Of a stretch of 64,000 bases of DNA, positions 11,018 to 21,855 are shown piece by piece. The notes beneath the pieces are model-generated. The model searched no databases. It was not told where the DNA came from and saw only the letters and a program-made list of their open reading frames with translations. Position numbers and translations under genes: made by a program. Numbering within the stretch: the stretch's first letter is position 1; each line of letters begins with the position of its first letter. Source of the DNA: an uncultured Planctomycetota bacterium (lineage in GTDB: Bacteria > Planctomycetota > Planctomycetia > Isosphaerales > Isosphaeraceae); NCBI GenBank assembly GCA_963823665.1, contig CAWGMQ010000010.1:2613473-2677472 (forward strand). The letters are read 5' to 3'.

Positions 11018-12616
11018 TCAAAAGATTTCGTGTCCCCTTTTTCCGGGAGGAGGCAGCGGAGTCTTTTTGACAGGTGGGGTTGGTGGGGATTTCTTGGAAG
11101 TCGAATGGAAAGTGAATGAGAATTCCGGCGCGGCTGTGTTGCCATTGCCATCCTGGTCGCGTACGGTTTTCTCCGGAATGTCGACCGTCGTCGGAGAGCC
11201 GTCTGTTGGCCCAATCAGGGTGAAAGAAGACGTCAACGCCGCGGTACTGTCGGGACTGGCGCTCGGGTCGGGAGGCGAGAAATTGCTGATGACGCCGCCT
11301 TTGCTGACGATGAGGTCGCCCGCCGTGAAATCGGTCACGGGCTCGCTGAAGGCCACGTTTACCGTGATGGCCCCCGCAGGTTCAGACGGCTTCACAGGAC
11401 CCCCCACCTGGAGTTCTCGTTGCCGTGTCATGAACACGTTCAGCGCCGATTCTTTGTGAAAGAGGGAGGCCGCCCATTTGAGAGCGGGCTGCAAGTCCGC
11501 AGCCTCCACATCGGCCGCATGGACCTCGATATAATCGACGTGCTGGTTGTCCGCGTTCAGCACCATGCCGTTGTCGATGGATCGCACCAAGGCCAGGGGC
11601 GGATCTCCGTCGGCGCCCATTTTGTCGGATGCCGTTTCGCATGAAGACCCCAGTTGATACCCGGTGGTATCCGTATCCGTTTGCGTGATCACCGAAGAAA
11701 TGGCCTCCGCGTGATACGACAAGTCTCCGGTAAGAGCGCTGCTCTGATAGGAAAACCGGGCTCCCAGTGTCGTCGATGCCTCCGTGAGCAAGTCTTGCCT
11801 CGTCTGGTCTGGGTCCGAGATGCCGTTCCCGTGTGAAAGAGAAACATACTGCTTCGGGAAGTCCGTGGCGTAGTCGCTAAAGATGGTTTGCCAAGCATTC
11901 TCGTAGATTTGCAGTGAATAACCGTAGTCGCTCCAGGTAACATTTTTTGGCGGGTCCGGCTCAGTGAATTCATCGGATACCGATGTCGGCCCGGCTGCGG
12001 CGATCATTCTAAATTGAGAGTCGCCCCCGTACTTTTTCTCAACGAGTTGCAAGAAGTCGTTCCAGTCCGTGAGGTACGTCGTATCCCAGGGCATAGGCAG
12101 CGGCAATTTTCCACTCCCCTTGCTTCCACGCCCGTATTGGGGATGGAACGGGTGATATACGACGCCGCTGCTCTTGGCAAAGATCCATTTGGGAGACCAG
12201 AACCCGGGCATGATGAGCAACTGCACCCACTTTCCTGCTGCATCGGCAGCCTGAAACACCTGATCAAGCCGGCTCCATTTCGGTTTGAATGAAGGAGCCG
12301 GCCCATCCGGCTCGATGTCCCTCCAGTTGATTTGGAAGGCGACACCGCTGATGTACGGAGCGGAGATGGTCGCGAGATCCTTCTTGAAGTCCTTTTCTGA
12401 CACCGGCTCGGCATCGGAACCGTCGTACGGTATGACAGTTGCCAGACCCGTTGGTGGCGAGGGAAGCAGAGGAATACTGATCACACCTGTGAGTAGGGTT
12501 CGTGCCTCCAACACCTCCGGGAACAGGCGCGGCCGGCGGCGGGCACGGACAGTCTGGCTGGTGCCATCTTGTTGAAAACTGTGACGCACGTTGTCGACCA
12601 GGTTGCGGATGCCCAT
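11018..12616 (-). CDS. Exported protein: planctomycete LE.RxLL motif, glycoside-hydrolase-like barrel, Ig-like domain, Pro-rich tail
   Basis: RRRPRLFPEVLEARTLL; NWRDIEP..WSRLD resembles GH42/GH5-type N-termini; VAFSEPVTDFT..D.DGNGN resembles a bacterial Ig-like domain. Confidence 0.62.
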   Translation of the reverse strand: MGIRNLVDNVRHSFQQDGTSQTVRARRRPRLFPEVLEARTLLTGVISIPLLPSPPTGLATVIPYDGSDAEPVSEKDFKKDLATISAPYISGVAFQINWRDIEPDGPAPSFKPKWSRLDQVFQAADAAGKWVQLLIMPGFWSPKWIFAKSSGVVYHPFHPQYGRGSKGSGKLPLPMPWDTTYLTDWNDFLQLVEKKYGGDSQFRMIAAAGPTSVSDEFTEPDPPKNVTWSDYGYSLQIYENAWQTIFSDYATDFPKQYVSLSHGNGISDPDQTRQDLLTEASTTLGARFSYQSSALTGDLSYHAEAISSVITQTDTDTTGYQLGSSCETASDKMGADGDPPLALVRSIDNGMVLNADNQHVDYIEVHAADVEAADLQPALKWAASLFHKESALNVFMTRQRELQVGGPVKPSEPAGAITVNVAFSEPVTDFTAGDLIVSKGGVISNFSPPDPSASPDSTAALTSSFTLIGPTDGSPTTVDIPEKTVRDQDGNGNTAAPEFSFTFHSTSKKSPPTPPVKKTPLPPPGKRGHEIF

Positions 12617-12691
12617 GGCGTTCTCCCTTGCGTTGGATGGTCTCTCAACATCCAGTGCGAGAACGGAGAACAAACCCCCGGTGACTTTTTT

Positions 12692-13276
12692 TTAGCCGGG
12701 CGGATTTCTTTCCTCATCCCGGAGCCACCGCCTGCGCAGCCAGGCTTTGGCGTAGGTCCAATCCTCTTCCGCCGTCGCCGGCGCGACACCCAGAATTTGG
12801 GCCGCTTCGTCGATCGTGCAACCGAGAAAGTAGCGAAGTTTGACCAGCTCCGCCTTGCGAGGCGACTTCTCCGCCAGACGATCCAGGGCCTCATGAACGG
12901 CCATGACTTCGAGCGGGTCGCGAGGGTTTGCCATGGGGAAGTCATCCGGGTCCGCATCTCGGTGGACCAGGCCGCCGCCGTGTTTGTCACTCAGTTTGCG
13001 GCGCGCGTTGTCGATGAGGATGCGGCGCATGGCCTCGGCGGCAGCGGCGAAGAAGTGGCCTCGGCTGTCCCAGTGCCGCTGCTCCCCTTGGCCGACCAGG
13101 CGGAGGTAGGCCTCGTGGACCAGGGCGGTGGCCTGGAGGGTCTGGCCCGGCTTCTCGCGTGCCATCCTCTCGGCCGCGAGCCGCCGCAACTCGTCGTAAA
13201 CCAGCGGCAAAAGCCGCGACCCGGCGCAGGCGTCGCCTTGCTCGATGGCCTCCAGGATGCGTGTCACCTCATTCAT
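12692..13276 (-). CDS. ECF sigma factor of the kinase-associated (TIGR02999/ECF43-like) type
   Basis: LLPLVYDELRRLA, TLQATALVHEAYLRL, HFFAAAAEAMRRILID, ELVKLRYF.G. Confidence 0.9.
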   Translation of the reverse strand: MNEVTRILEAIEQGDACAGSRLLPLVYDELRRLAAERMAREKPGQTLQATALVHEAYLRLVGQGEQRHWDSRGHFFAAAAEAMRRILIDNARRKLSDKHGGGLVHRDADPDDFPMANPRDPLEVMAVHEALDRLAEKSPRKAELVKLRYFLGCTIDEAAQILGVAPATAEEDWTYAKAWLRRRWLRDEERNPPG

Positions 13277-13417
13277 CGACCGTTCCGTTCGACAGGCGAA
13301 TCCCGGCGGGAAAGACACGCCGAGATCATTCAGACAACTACGGAATCTTTCGTCTCCGTTCACGTCTCACTTGTGAAAGCCCATGGGTATAGTGACTGCC
13401 TGGCCCTGATGCCGCGA

Positions 13418-13519
13418 CTACTTCCGTACATCGTCACGAACAATGGCCTGCCGCCCGTTGCCGCGAGCCGTGACATGGTAAATCGCACCGGGATATTGGA
13501 CACGCACGCTTCTTGCCAT
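13418..13519 (-). mobile_element. N-terminal remnant of a Y1/HUH (RAYT/IS200-like) transposase
   Basis: Hand translation MARSVRVQYPGAIYHVTARGNGRQAIVRDDVRK*; below the ORF-track length cutoff. Confidence 0.75.
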
Positions 13520-13594
13520 GTCCCCTATTGCAATCATCTCTCAGGCGAAACGCAAGCAATGGGACGCGCACTGGGATCATTTCCCCGCATGAGG

Positions 13595-13684
13595 ATTGAC
13601 CCGGCTTCCACCATTGCCGATTTTCAAGGAAGGCCCATGGCGATCGTGCCCCACGCCGAAGTGATTCGCGAAGTGCTCGCGTAA
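13595..13684 (+). pseudogene. Isolated copy of the DUF1501 gene 3' end
   Basis: IDPASTIADFQGRPMAIVPHAEVIREVLA* matches 304-393 at 22/29 aa. Confidence 0.85.
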
Positions 13685-13740
13685 CCAGCTTTGTCGAGAT
13701 TTCGGCCCGCGAGACGCGGCTCGAACAGCCCGCATTCCGG

Positions 13741-14220
13741 CTACTTCTCACCGGCAAGCGTGTACTCCAATCGATAGGAGTGCTTGCCGCCAGCGACCTT
13801 GATGTGCATCTCTCCCTCGATCCCGGCGAGGTCACCGGTCCCTGAGTCGGGCACGATTCGAATGACCAGCGATTGCACTCCTTTGCTCATGACTCCCGTG
13901 TGGTGCACGAGAAACGTTCCCTCGCGATCCTTCAACTTGCCGTGTACGCGCTCAATCGCGACGTACGCGGCGGAGCCCTTCACATCGGTCATGCCCGTTA
14001 ACATGCGGCCCTGGCCGGTGGCATTCAGGTCGCCGTGATAGTGCTTCTCGACGGTCATCATTCCCATCTTGTCATCGCCCGTGTCGTGGGGAACAATTTT
14101 GACGTCAAACTCGCCGGTGACTTCGTTCATGAATTTCTTCTCCTGGGGGTGATTCTTGAGTGGCGGATCGGCACGAACGACATTAGCGGCGAACAACGCA
14201 ACCAGGAATGCCGTCGTCAT
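13741..14220 (-). CDS. DUF3224-family protein, possible signal peptide (alternative start 14130)
   Basis: GEFDVK..K.YHGDL.A.G.G.ML..GSAAYVAIE..G.L..REGTF..H..IVPDSGTGDL.GI.G. Confidence 0.8.
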   Translation of the reverse strand: MTTAFLVALFAANVVRADPPLKNHPQEKKFMNEVTGEFDVKIVPHDTGDDKMGMMTVEKHYHGDLNATGQGRMLTGMTDVKGSAAYVAIERVHGKLKDREGTFLVHHTGVMSKGVQSLVIRIVPDSGTGDLAGIEGEMHIKVAGGKHSYRLEYTLAGEK

Positions 14221-14364
14221 CAAGTTTGCACCGGGCATGCCGGCGCGAGGTGGACATATCGGCGATGTGATGTGTCGCATACGATGTTTCCTGTGAGACG
14301 CGATGAGTTGATCGACAAGCAAAGTCTATCGCGGGCCCAGACTCGTTGATTGAAGAAACGCGAC

Positions 14365-15162
14365 ATGCTGAAACGAAAGTCCGAGCCACGACACGGAGTC
14401 CTGCATCTCGCCGAGGCTGAATTCGATCTGCGGTTGGAGCGATTTGAACCGGGCGAGACACTTCGACCGTTCGTCGAACATTACTGGGCGGTTACGTGGG
14501 AAGCCCAGCCGCGCGTGACGCGCGAAACGGTGCCTCACCCCTCCGTGCACTTGGTTCTGGAGCCGGGCTGCTCCAAGCTGCACGGTATCTATCCGCGGCG
14601 ATTTTCTCGAATCATCGAAGGTTCGGGACGCGTGCTGGGAACCAAGTTTCGGCCCGGTGGATTTCGCGCGTTCGCAAGCGAGAGCGTCGCGCGATTCACC
14701 GGCAAAATCGTTGCCCCGTCGGCGATCTTCGGGGCATCGATCGACAAGCTCGAAGCCGAGGCCACCAGGTGTGCGCAGGCGGGTGAGGCGTTCGAGCTCG
14801 TGGACGCGTTTCTGACTCGATTGAACCCGACCACGACGCCCGAATTAGCCAGGATTTCCGAGATCGTCGAGGCGATCGCCGGCGACCACTCCATCACGCG
14901 CGTCGATATGCTCACCCAGCGGTTCGACATCGGGCTAAGACAGCTCCAGCGGATTTTTCGAGACTACGTCGGCGTAAGCCCGAAGTGGGTCATCCAGAGA
15001 CACCGTCTGATCGAGGCCGCCCAGCGCCTTGGTCGTCGCGACCACTCCATCGACTTTGCCGCGCTGGCGCTCGAGCTCGGCTATTCCGATCAGCCGCACT
15101 TCATCCGCGAATTCAAGCAGATGGTCGGCATGTCGCCGGCCGACTATCAGAAGTCGCTTTGA
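14365..15162 (+). CDS. AraC-family transcriptional regulator
   Basis: LRPFVEHYW N-domain; RQLQRIF..YVGVSPK, LALELGYSDQPHFIREFK.MVG.SP. Confidence 0.92.
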   Translation: MLKRKSEPRHGVLHLAEAEFDLRLERFEPGETLRPFVEHYWAVTWEAQPRVTRETVPHPSVHLVLEPGCSKLHGIYPRRFSRIIEGSGRVLGTKFRPGGFRAFASESVARFTGKIVAPSAIFGASIDKLEAEATRCAQAGEAFELVDAFLTRLNPTTTPELARISEIVEAIAGDHSITRVDMLTQRFDIGLRQLQRIFRDYVGVSPKWVIQRHRLIEAAQRLGRRDHSIDFAALALELGYSDQPHFIREFKQMVGMSPADYQKSL

Positions 15163-15169
15163 GCCGCGA

Positions 15170-15366
15170 GACTGAAGTAGCCAAGCGGGCTCGAATCCTA
15201 CTGCTCGCCGACGATGGACACCCGCACGGGCGTCGACCGGATCACGTGATCGCCGGGACTGTCGGCCTATCCGAACGGCAGATCGTCCGGATCCGCGAGC
15301 GGTTCACAGACGTCACGGAGCCACTGCCGATGCGGTCTGGCACGCTCAAGCGGGTCGACGACAAGA
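15170..15366 (+). mobile_element. Internally deleted IS630-family transposase remnant
   Basis: KRARILLLAD..D..IA..VG.S...IVRIRERF (HTH) joined directly to EPLPMRSG...RVDD from the later part of the protein. Confidence 0.65.
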
Positions 15367-15456
15367 TCACGCAACCCCACCGAGAGTGGAACCAGGACTT
15401 CTCCGCCCGCAGAACCACCGATTTGCGTCACGTCCTTACCACCATTGGGTTTAAGT

Positions 15457-15614
15457 GTGACGATGGAATAATCGGAACTCGGGGGTTTATCGTCGTAAAC
15501 ACCTGTTCGGCTGGTATTTATGGCGTGACGATCGAATATTCGGAACGCTGGCGATTTCGGATGTAAATTCCCAGGGTGACTAAGGTTATGGCGTGACGAT
15601 CGAATATTCGGCAC
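15457..15614. repeat. Three copies of the same 22-bp repeat at 68-bp period (copy B)
   Basis: Repeats at 15457-15478, 15525-15546 and 15593-15614; homologous to 558-715. Confidence 0.95.
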
Positions 15615-16335
15615 ATTGGCTTCTTCACGGGCACTGAATCCGCATCATCGTCATTTTCATGGCCGCTCCGATAAACCCAGAAACTGCTCGGTCGCACCAT
15701 GGAAAGGCTCCCTTCCAATGCCCTGAAATTCGGCCCAAAACATAGTGAACAACACCCGGAAAAAAAAATGGCAATCTTGCGTGACCATTGCCAAACGGTT
15801 TTGCCATCGCCGAAGCACGCTTGCCTCTATTCTCATTTCGTTATGTTCATTGCACTTACAGAGTAGCCACTCGACCAGAAGCCATGTCCACGCTCATCGC
15901 GAAAATGGCAATAAGTGGCAATCCTACGGGCCCCTTAGAGCATCCGTACACGAGTGTAAACCGGCCACTTCTTGGTCCCGACTTTTGATTTCATATCTAG
16001 CTCGGACTCCGAGAACCCAACGGCCGTCATCATCCGTCGCACTCCTCCCATAAACGCCCGGCACGAACTAGCTCCCGCCGGCTGCAAAACCCCGAACGTG
16101 CAGCGCACTACCTCATCTACAATATGCGCGGACTTTACGATCTGAGGGCGCCGGCGTCGGGGACGTTTTCAGAAAGTTTCCGGGTTCGAGCGATCAGACC
16201 GATTAGCGCACAGAATTCATCCTGTATGCGCACGGTCGCAGGCGAAACGCCGGCCGCCACAGCCATGTCGCCCAACCCGCGGCTACCGTCCTGCCCTTTG
16301 TTGACTTGGTTAGCTTCTGTTGAAGACCCCTCAGG

Positions 16336-16365
16336 GAAAGCCAGACACCCGAAAGCCAGACACCC
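16336..16365. repeat. Perfect 15-bp tandem duplication GAAAGCCAGACACCC
   Basis: 16336-16350 equals 16351-16365. Confidence 0.9.
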
Positions 16366-16498
16366 AGCGATCGACGGACTGCTACCTTCGTGGAATCTCG
16401 GACGCCCACCTTCCCGAGGGCCTCGCCGACAGCAGCGGTTGACCTTATCCTGGGATTGAAGAGAAGAAGAAATTGCCGGAGCCCGTGGGAACGGTGCC

Positions 16499-17197
16499 AT
16501 GAACCGTCGCCGGAAAACGATCGCGATCGCCGCGCTGCTTTTCTTCGAGCACGCAAACATCGCCCTGGCCGGAATGCCGTCGATCACGCTTTCCGACCTG
16601 GCCCGCATGCGGATCCAGACGATCTCGTTCTTCCTGGTGGTGTTTCTCCTCTGCTCGTGGGTCGTGCGCCGCATCTGGAACGGTCTGCGGAAAGACTTCT
16701 CCTGGCTGCCCTTCCTGTCTTTTCGCCGGGCGATGGGACTCGTGGGTCTTTGGGGACTGCTGTTCGTGCTGGTGCTCACGATGATTTCCGGCGCGCGGGA
16801 GCTGATGACCCCCGGTGCATGGAAGAAGGAAGGCTTCACTTACAAGCTCAAGGATGAAGCTGCAACAGTGAAACCAGCCGAGATCGACCACGAGTTCGAG
16901 CGACGCGCGGCGCTCGACCGACTGAAGGCCGCGCTCTGGACGTACGCCAGGCATCATGACGGGCACTTCCCGCCGGATGAATCCGCACCGGAAATCCCAG
17001 AAGCCGCCTGGCGAATTCCGGACCCTTCGGGAATGCGCTACGTCTACACGCCCGGCCTGATCGCGGAAAACGGTCATGCCCTGCTGGCATACGAGCCAGC
17101 CATCTTCGGCGACGAGCGTTTTGTGCTTCTCTCGGACGGCAAGATCGTCTTCATGACTCACCGCGAGCTGGCATCCACGACGCGAAAGGCACCGTGA
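16499..17197 (+). CDS. Hypothetical membrane protein
   Basis: 232-aa ORF with signal/TM segments; GTGA overlap with the next gene. Confidence 0.75.
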   Translation: MNRRRKTIAIAALLFFEHANIALAGMPSITLSDLARMRIQTISFFLVVFLLCSWVVRRIWNGLRKDFSWLPFLSFRRAMGLVGLWGLLFVLVLTMISGARELMTPGAWKKEGFTYKLKDEAATVKPAEIDHEFERRAALDRLKAALWTYARHHDGHFPPDESAPEIPEAAWRIPDPSGMRYVYTPGLIAENGHALLAYEPAIFGDERFVLLSDGKIVFMTHRELASTTRKAP

Positions 17198-18249
17198 TGC
17201 GCCCCAACGCCCTGTTGATCAGCATCTTGAGTGCCGCGCTGGTTCTACTGACCTGCATGGGATTTGCCCTGCCCGTCGACTTCGCGGTTGCAGTGGTCCT
17301 CGGCTGGCTCTGGTATCTCGCCAGAACTTATTCCGAGGTGCAGGTGGCACCGGAGGGGCTCGCGACCGCGGTCGTCTGTCTCATCCTCTTCGTTGTCGGG
17401 GCGCACTTCTTTCTCAACTGGATATTCACGGCGATCCGTAGTCACACCGGTACCAAGTCTGCCGAGAGCAGCGACCGCTGGAAATGGCGCTGGACGCTCA
17501 GCCTGACAGCCGTGATCGTGCTGATGTTCGTTTCCGGAATGTCGGTCGTGGGCATGACCCATCAGCTCGGATGGCTGCTCAGGTCGAAGGAGCCGTGGGT
17601 TAGCGACTCGTTCGGTTCAACCGGCATTGCCGCGAGGGCGCAGTCGGCGAACAATCTGAAGCAGATCGGCCTGGCGCTGCACTGGTACCATCAAGCCCAC
17701 CAGTCTCTACCGCCCGGCGGCACGTTCGACCCGGAGGGCCGCCCCCTCCATAGCTGGCAGACGTTGATTCTGCCCTACCAGGAAGTATCAGACCTCTACG
17801 ATCAGATTGATGTCTCGGTCCCGTGGAACGACTCTCGCAACGCTGCGGCTTTTCAGACCAAGGTCCCCCACTACCTTCGTCCCGGCATCCTCGCGACCAG
17901 GAATGCTGCCGGCTACGCCTTGAGCCATTACGCTGCGAGCGTTTATATGCTTGGCGGTGACCATCCTCGCAAATTGAGCGACGTCTCCGACGGCACGTCC
18001 AATACGCTCATGGCCGGCGAGGTCACGGCGGAGTTCAAGGCCTGGGGTGATCCCACGAACTGGCGAGATCCCACGCTTGGGCTGAATACGAATCCCCGCG
18101 GTTTCGCCAGCCCGGCTCCCGGCGGAGTGAATTTCCTGATGGTCGACGGCTCGGTGCGATTCATCGAGAACAACGTCGACCCCAAGATGCTCAAGCTCCT
18201 GTCAACACCCGCCGGGGGTGAAACGATTTCTTCTCACCTCGAGTACTGA
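17194..18249 (+). CDS. DUF1559-domain membrane protein
   Basis: AARAQSANNLKQIGLALH.YH, SW...ILPY, DGTSNT, GGVNFLMVDGSVRF. Confidence 0.9.
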   Translation: MMRPNALLISILSAALVLLTCMGFALPVDFAVAVVLGWLWYLARTYSEVQVAPEGLATAVVCLILFVVGAHFFLNWIFTAIRSHTGTKSAESSDRWKWRWTLSLTAVIVLMFVSGMSVVGMTHQLGWLLRSKEPWVSDSFGSTGIAARAQSANNLKQIGLALHWYHQAHQSLPPGGTFDPEGRPLHSWQTLILPYQEVSDLYDQIDVSVPWNDSRNAAAFQTKVPHYLRPGILATRNAAGYALSHYAASVYMLGGDHPRKLSDVSDGTSNTLMAGEVTAEFKAWGDPTNWRDPTLGLNTNPRGFASPAPGGVNFLMVDGSVRFIENNVDPKMLKLLSTPAGGETISSHLEY

Positions 18250-18254
18250 TCAGC

Positions 18255-19136
18255 GTGAGGAACATCCCTGTGCCCGCTCTCGAACCCTACATCGACGCCC
18301 ACTCGCACGTCTGGACGCCCGACGTTGCGCATTACCCGCTGGCCGCCGACTTCACGGTCGCCGACATGCAGCCCGAATCGTTCACGGCGCAGGTGCTCTT
18401 GGCTCTGTGCCGGGCGGCGGGGGTGGGCCGCGTCAACTTGATCCAGATGAGCTATTACGGCTTCGACAACCGCTACATGCTCGACATGATCAAGCTTTAT
18501 CCCGATCGGTTCGTCGGCACGGCGATCGTCGACCCGCTCGCGGATGATCCGGGCAAAGCCATGCGTGAGCTGGCACCGCTGGGGGTTTCCGCTTTTCGCA
18601 TCCAGCCGCGCTACAGCAAGCAGCCGCCCGGGAGCTGGCTTGCGCCGAAGGGTTATGAAAGAATGTTCGCCACGGCGGCCAGGACCGGTCAAACGCTTTC
18701 GTGCTTGATCGACGTCGACGGCTTTCCCGAAGTCGAGCGGATGTGCACCAAGTATCCCGAGACATCGGTGATCATCGACCACCTGGGCCGGATCGGGGCC
18801 GGGCCTGACGGTGCGATCCGTGACGCCGATGTCGAGGCCTTGTGTGCGCTTGCCAAGCATCCGAAGGTTGCGGTGAAGGTTGGTGCGTTCTACGCCCTGG
18901 GCAAGAAGACGCCGCCGTATCTCGATCTTGTTCCGCTCATCAAGCGGGTCGTGCAGGCCTTCAGCCCGAAGCGTTGCATGTGGGAGAGCGACTGTCCGTT
19001 CCAGGTTGTCAAGGATCGTTACACCGACAGCCTCGCGCTGGTGCGCGATCATCTCGAGTTTCTGTCGAAAGACGACCGAGACTGGCTGCTGTTTCGGACC
19101 GCGGAGCAAATCCTGTTCAAGAAGCTCGCACCATAA
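18255..19136 (+). CDS. Amidohydrolase_2-family metallohydrolase
   Basis: IDAHSHVW, IIDHLG, RCMWESDCP. Confidence 0.9.
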   Translation: MRNIPVPALEPYIDAHSHVWTPDVAHYPLAADFTVADMQPESFTAQVLLALCRAAGVGRVNLIQMSYYGFDNRYMLDMIKLYPDRFVGTAIVDPLADDPGKAMRELAPLGVSAFRIQPRYSKQPPGSWLAPKGYERMFATAARTGQTLSCLIDVDGFPEVERMCTKYPETSVIIDHLGRIGAGPDGAIRDADVEALCALAKHPKVAVKVGAFYALGKKTPPYLDLVPLIKRVVQAFSPKRCMWESDCPFQVVKDRYTDSLALVRDHLEFLSKDDRDWLLFRTAEQILFKKLAP

Positions 19137-19147
19137 GAGGATCGGCC

Positions 19148-21855
19148 ATGCTCATTCGCTTGATCTGCGGTCTAATCCTCCTCAACCTTTCCGCGGAATT
19201 CGTCGAACTGACTGATCCAGCGCCTCAAGCTCCGGCGCCCGCTAAACCCGATGATCTCAAGCCCTTCACGATCGCGGTGGTTGACAAGCAGACCCGCAAG
19301 CCTGTTTCGGAGTTCTATTACGACGCCTTCTACATCGCCGCGGGGCCGGGCACTGCCCGGAAAAGCGAATGGCATCACGTCGAATCGCCGTCAGGCACGT
19401 TCATCCTCCAGGCTCCGGCGACGTGCCTCGTGATCGTCCGAATCGAGTCGCGTGAGTTCCTGGGCCAGGGCTATCCGTCCGACTCGAGGTTCGAAGTCCG
19501 TGCCAATGACAAGGATCGCCACCGCGTGGTCGAGCTGGAGCGGGGAATAACCGCTCATGGAACAGTCCGCGACGCCGACACGCGGCGACCGATCGCCGGT
19601 GCAACCGTGAGGCCGCGAATTCTGTACGGCGTCCACGGTGAGCATGCCCCCCCGGGTCCGCTGAACCGGGAATCCAAGAGCGACAACGACGGTCATTACG
19701 AGCTGCATGGGGTTGACCCCAAAATCGGAGTTTTTGCTTACAACCCAGACGACGAACAAAAGCACTACAGCGTCGAGGTGACGAACGGCGAAGGAACGCG
19801 GTTCGATGTTGCGCTACCGGGCCTTGAGAAGGCCACTCTTCGCGGAAACGTCCGGGATGGAAATGGGCAGCCGCTCGAAGGGGTGACGGTTCAGTACAAC
19901 GGACGTGAAATCGAGTCGGCGCGAGACGGAGCCTATGCGTTGAGTTGCGTGCTGGGCTGGCGGGGCCAGCACGTGCGCCGGAGCTGTGGTACATGAAGAA
20001 GGGTTTCATCGCTCGGCATTTCGGGAGCGAAGTAGGAAAAGAGGCCCAAGTGGTACTGGAGCGCCAGATCCCTCTCGAGGGACAGGTGGTCGGTCCGGAA
20101 GGCCAGCCGGTCAAGAGCTTCGCCGTGTGCGCCGTGCCACGGAGCGAGGATTTTCTAAATCCGGGCAGCAATGCCATCGAACTAGCCGTGATCGACGCCG
20201 GCGGCCGGTTCAAGCTCGGGCTCGATCGCGACGGCCCCACCTGGGTTGGCATCCGCGCCCCGGGATATCAGAACTCAGAGATGGTGACCGACGTTCCTCG
20301 CCGCGGCGGCTCCGTGGTCGCGCGTTTGGCATCCGGTGTTCGCGTCGAGGGAAAGATCATTGCCCCAGCCGTCGCGCTTTCGAAGATCGAAGCCCGGCTC
20401 GTCCCTCGGCGCCATCGATCTGATGGCCGGGAATTCGGCTCCGGCTCGAAAGCCGTGGAATGGTTGACGCGGACGACGAATGTCGCCGACGACGGCACCC
20501 TTAGCTTTGATCACGTGCGGCCAGACCGCTACACGCTCTTGCTCAAAGGGCCTGGAGTGACCTCAAGGTTGCTGGCGCTCGATGTCCCGCCCGGCGGCCT
20601 TGACCTCGGCCAGGTTCGCCTGGCCGGAAAGGGCCGCATCCAGGGGCGTGTCTTCGAGTCGACGGTGCGGCGGCCCCCCGGGCAAACATACGCCTTCGGC
20701 CTGGTCGACTTCTATCCCGCGATCAGTTCATCCATGATGAAGTATAAAGAAGAAATCAAGTTCATGACCGACTTCGAGGGCCAATTCTCAATCGCAGATG
20801 TGCCCGTCGGACTCGTCCTCGTCGCATTCCCGGACACAATGGTCCACGTCGTCATTATCGATGGGCCTTGGGTCCGTGTATGCGAAAACCAGACAACCGA
20901 AGTGCGACTTCCTGGCCAAAAGGGTGCTCGGCCCCTTGCCGTCGACATCGTCATCGGAGACGGGTCCATAGCTCAATCCCGGTCTGGAAAAGGGCTCTCC
21001 GGCAAGATCGAGAACAAGAACAGCGACACCAAGCCGCCGGAGCCAAAAGCCGTGCCGCTCCCCGACGTCGCTGGAGTGTTGGTCGAGACGAGCGAACGAG
21101 ACGTCGAGCGCCAGCTCCAAGTGGAATTGATCCCCGGCCCGGGCCAACCGCTCTCGTCGGTTCGATCGGATTCGGCCGCGATCGACGGGAAGGGCCAACT
21201 CGTGGTCCCCGACGTGAGCCCCGGCAAATACCAGCTCCGCGTTGAACAAGGCTTCTTCCGACCAGGTGGCATCGGCTTCATCGAGGTTGTCTTCGAGCGT
21301 GACATCGCGGTGACGGCGGACGTATCAACGATCAAGATCCCGCTCGGTGGCGGATCAATCACGGGGCGAACGGTTAAATACAGCGCAGTCATCGCGATGG
21401 CAAGAGGACGACCAGGCCCGCTACGTCGCACGCGATGTGACAGTGAGGGGTACTTTTGCATGCCCTTCCTCGATCCCGGGACCTACACGCTCTTCATCCA
21501 CAGCCCTGATGACGGGTCTTGGTGCCGCGTCGACAACGTAAGCGTGGCCTCAGACGTGAAAGACATCGGCGAGCTTCGTCTGGCGCGCGGCGGAGCGATT
21601 CGCGGCTCGATTTCCTTCCCTCGGGCTTGTCCAGTTCCGGACGAAGTCATCGCGACGGGGCCATCACAAGTCTCGGTGGAACCGATGAAGCACATAACCG
21701 ATTTCGATCAATTTGAGCTGGGCGGCCTTTGGCCCGGCCGATGGACGATCACCGTTCGCGGGGGCGGAGAGGCGCTCGCGACCGCCGCGATCGAGATCAA
21801 GGGAACGGAGATCGTGACACTCGAGCTTGCCGCGGAAACTGGTAAACGACAGTAG
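19148..21855 (+). CDS. Exported protein with carboxypeptidase-regulatory-like repeats (frameshift ~19960)
   Basis: Signal-like N-terminus; GTVRDADT..PIAGA, GNVRDGNGQPLEGV, GQVVGPEGQPV repeats. Confidence 0.75.

Noticed and set aside
304..13684. Diversity-generating retroelement template/variable pair
   Set aside because: Mismatches are not confined to adenines and no reverse transcriptase is present
12569..13684. 371-aa plus-strand ORF
   Set aside because: Antisense shadow of the ECF gene running into the DUF1501 fragment
15650..16490. Short ORFs in the intergenic region
   Set aside because: No motifs, atypical composition, and only patchy homology to non-coding 990-1260
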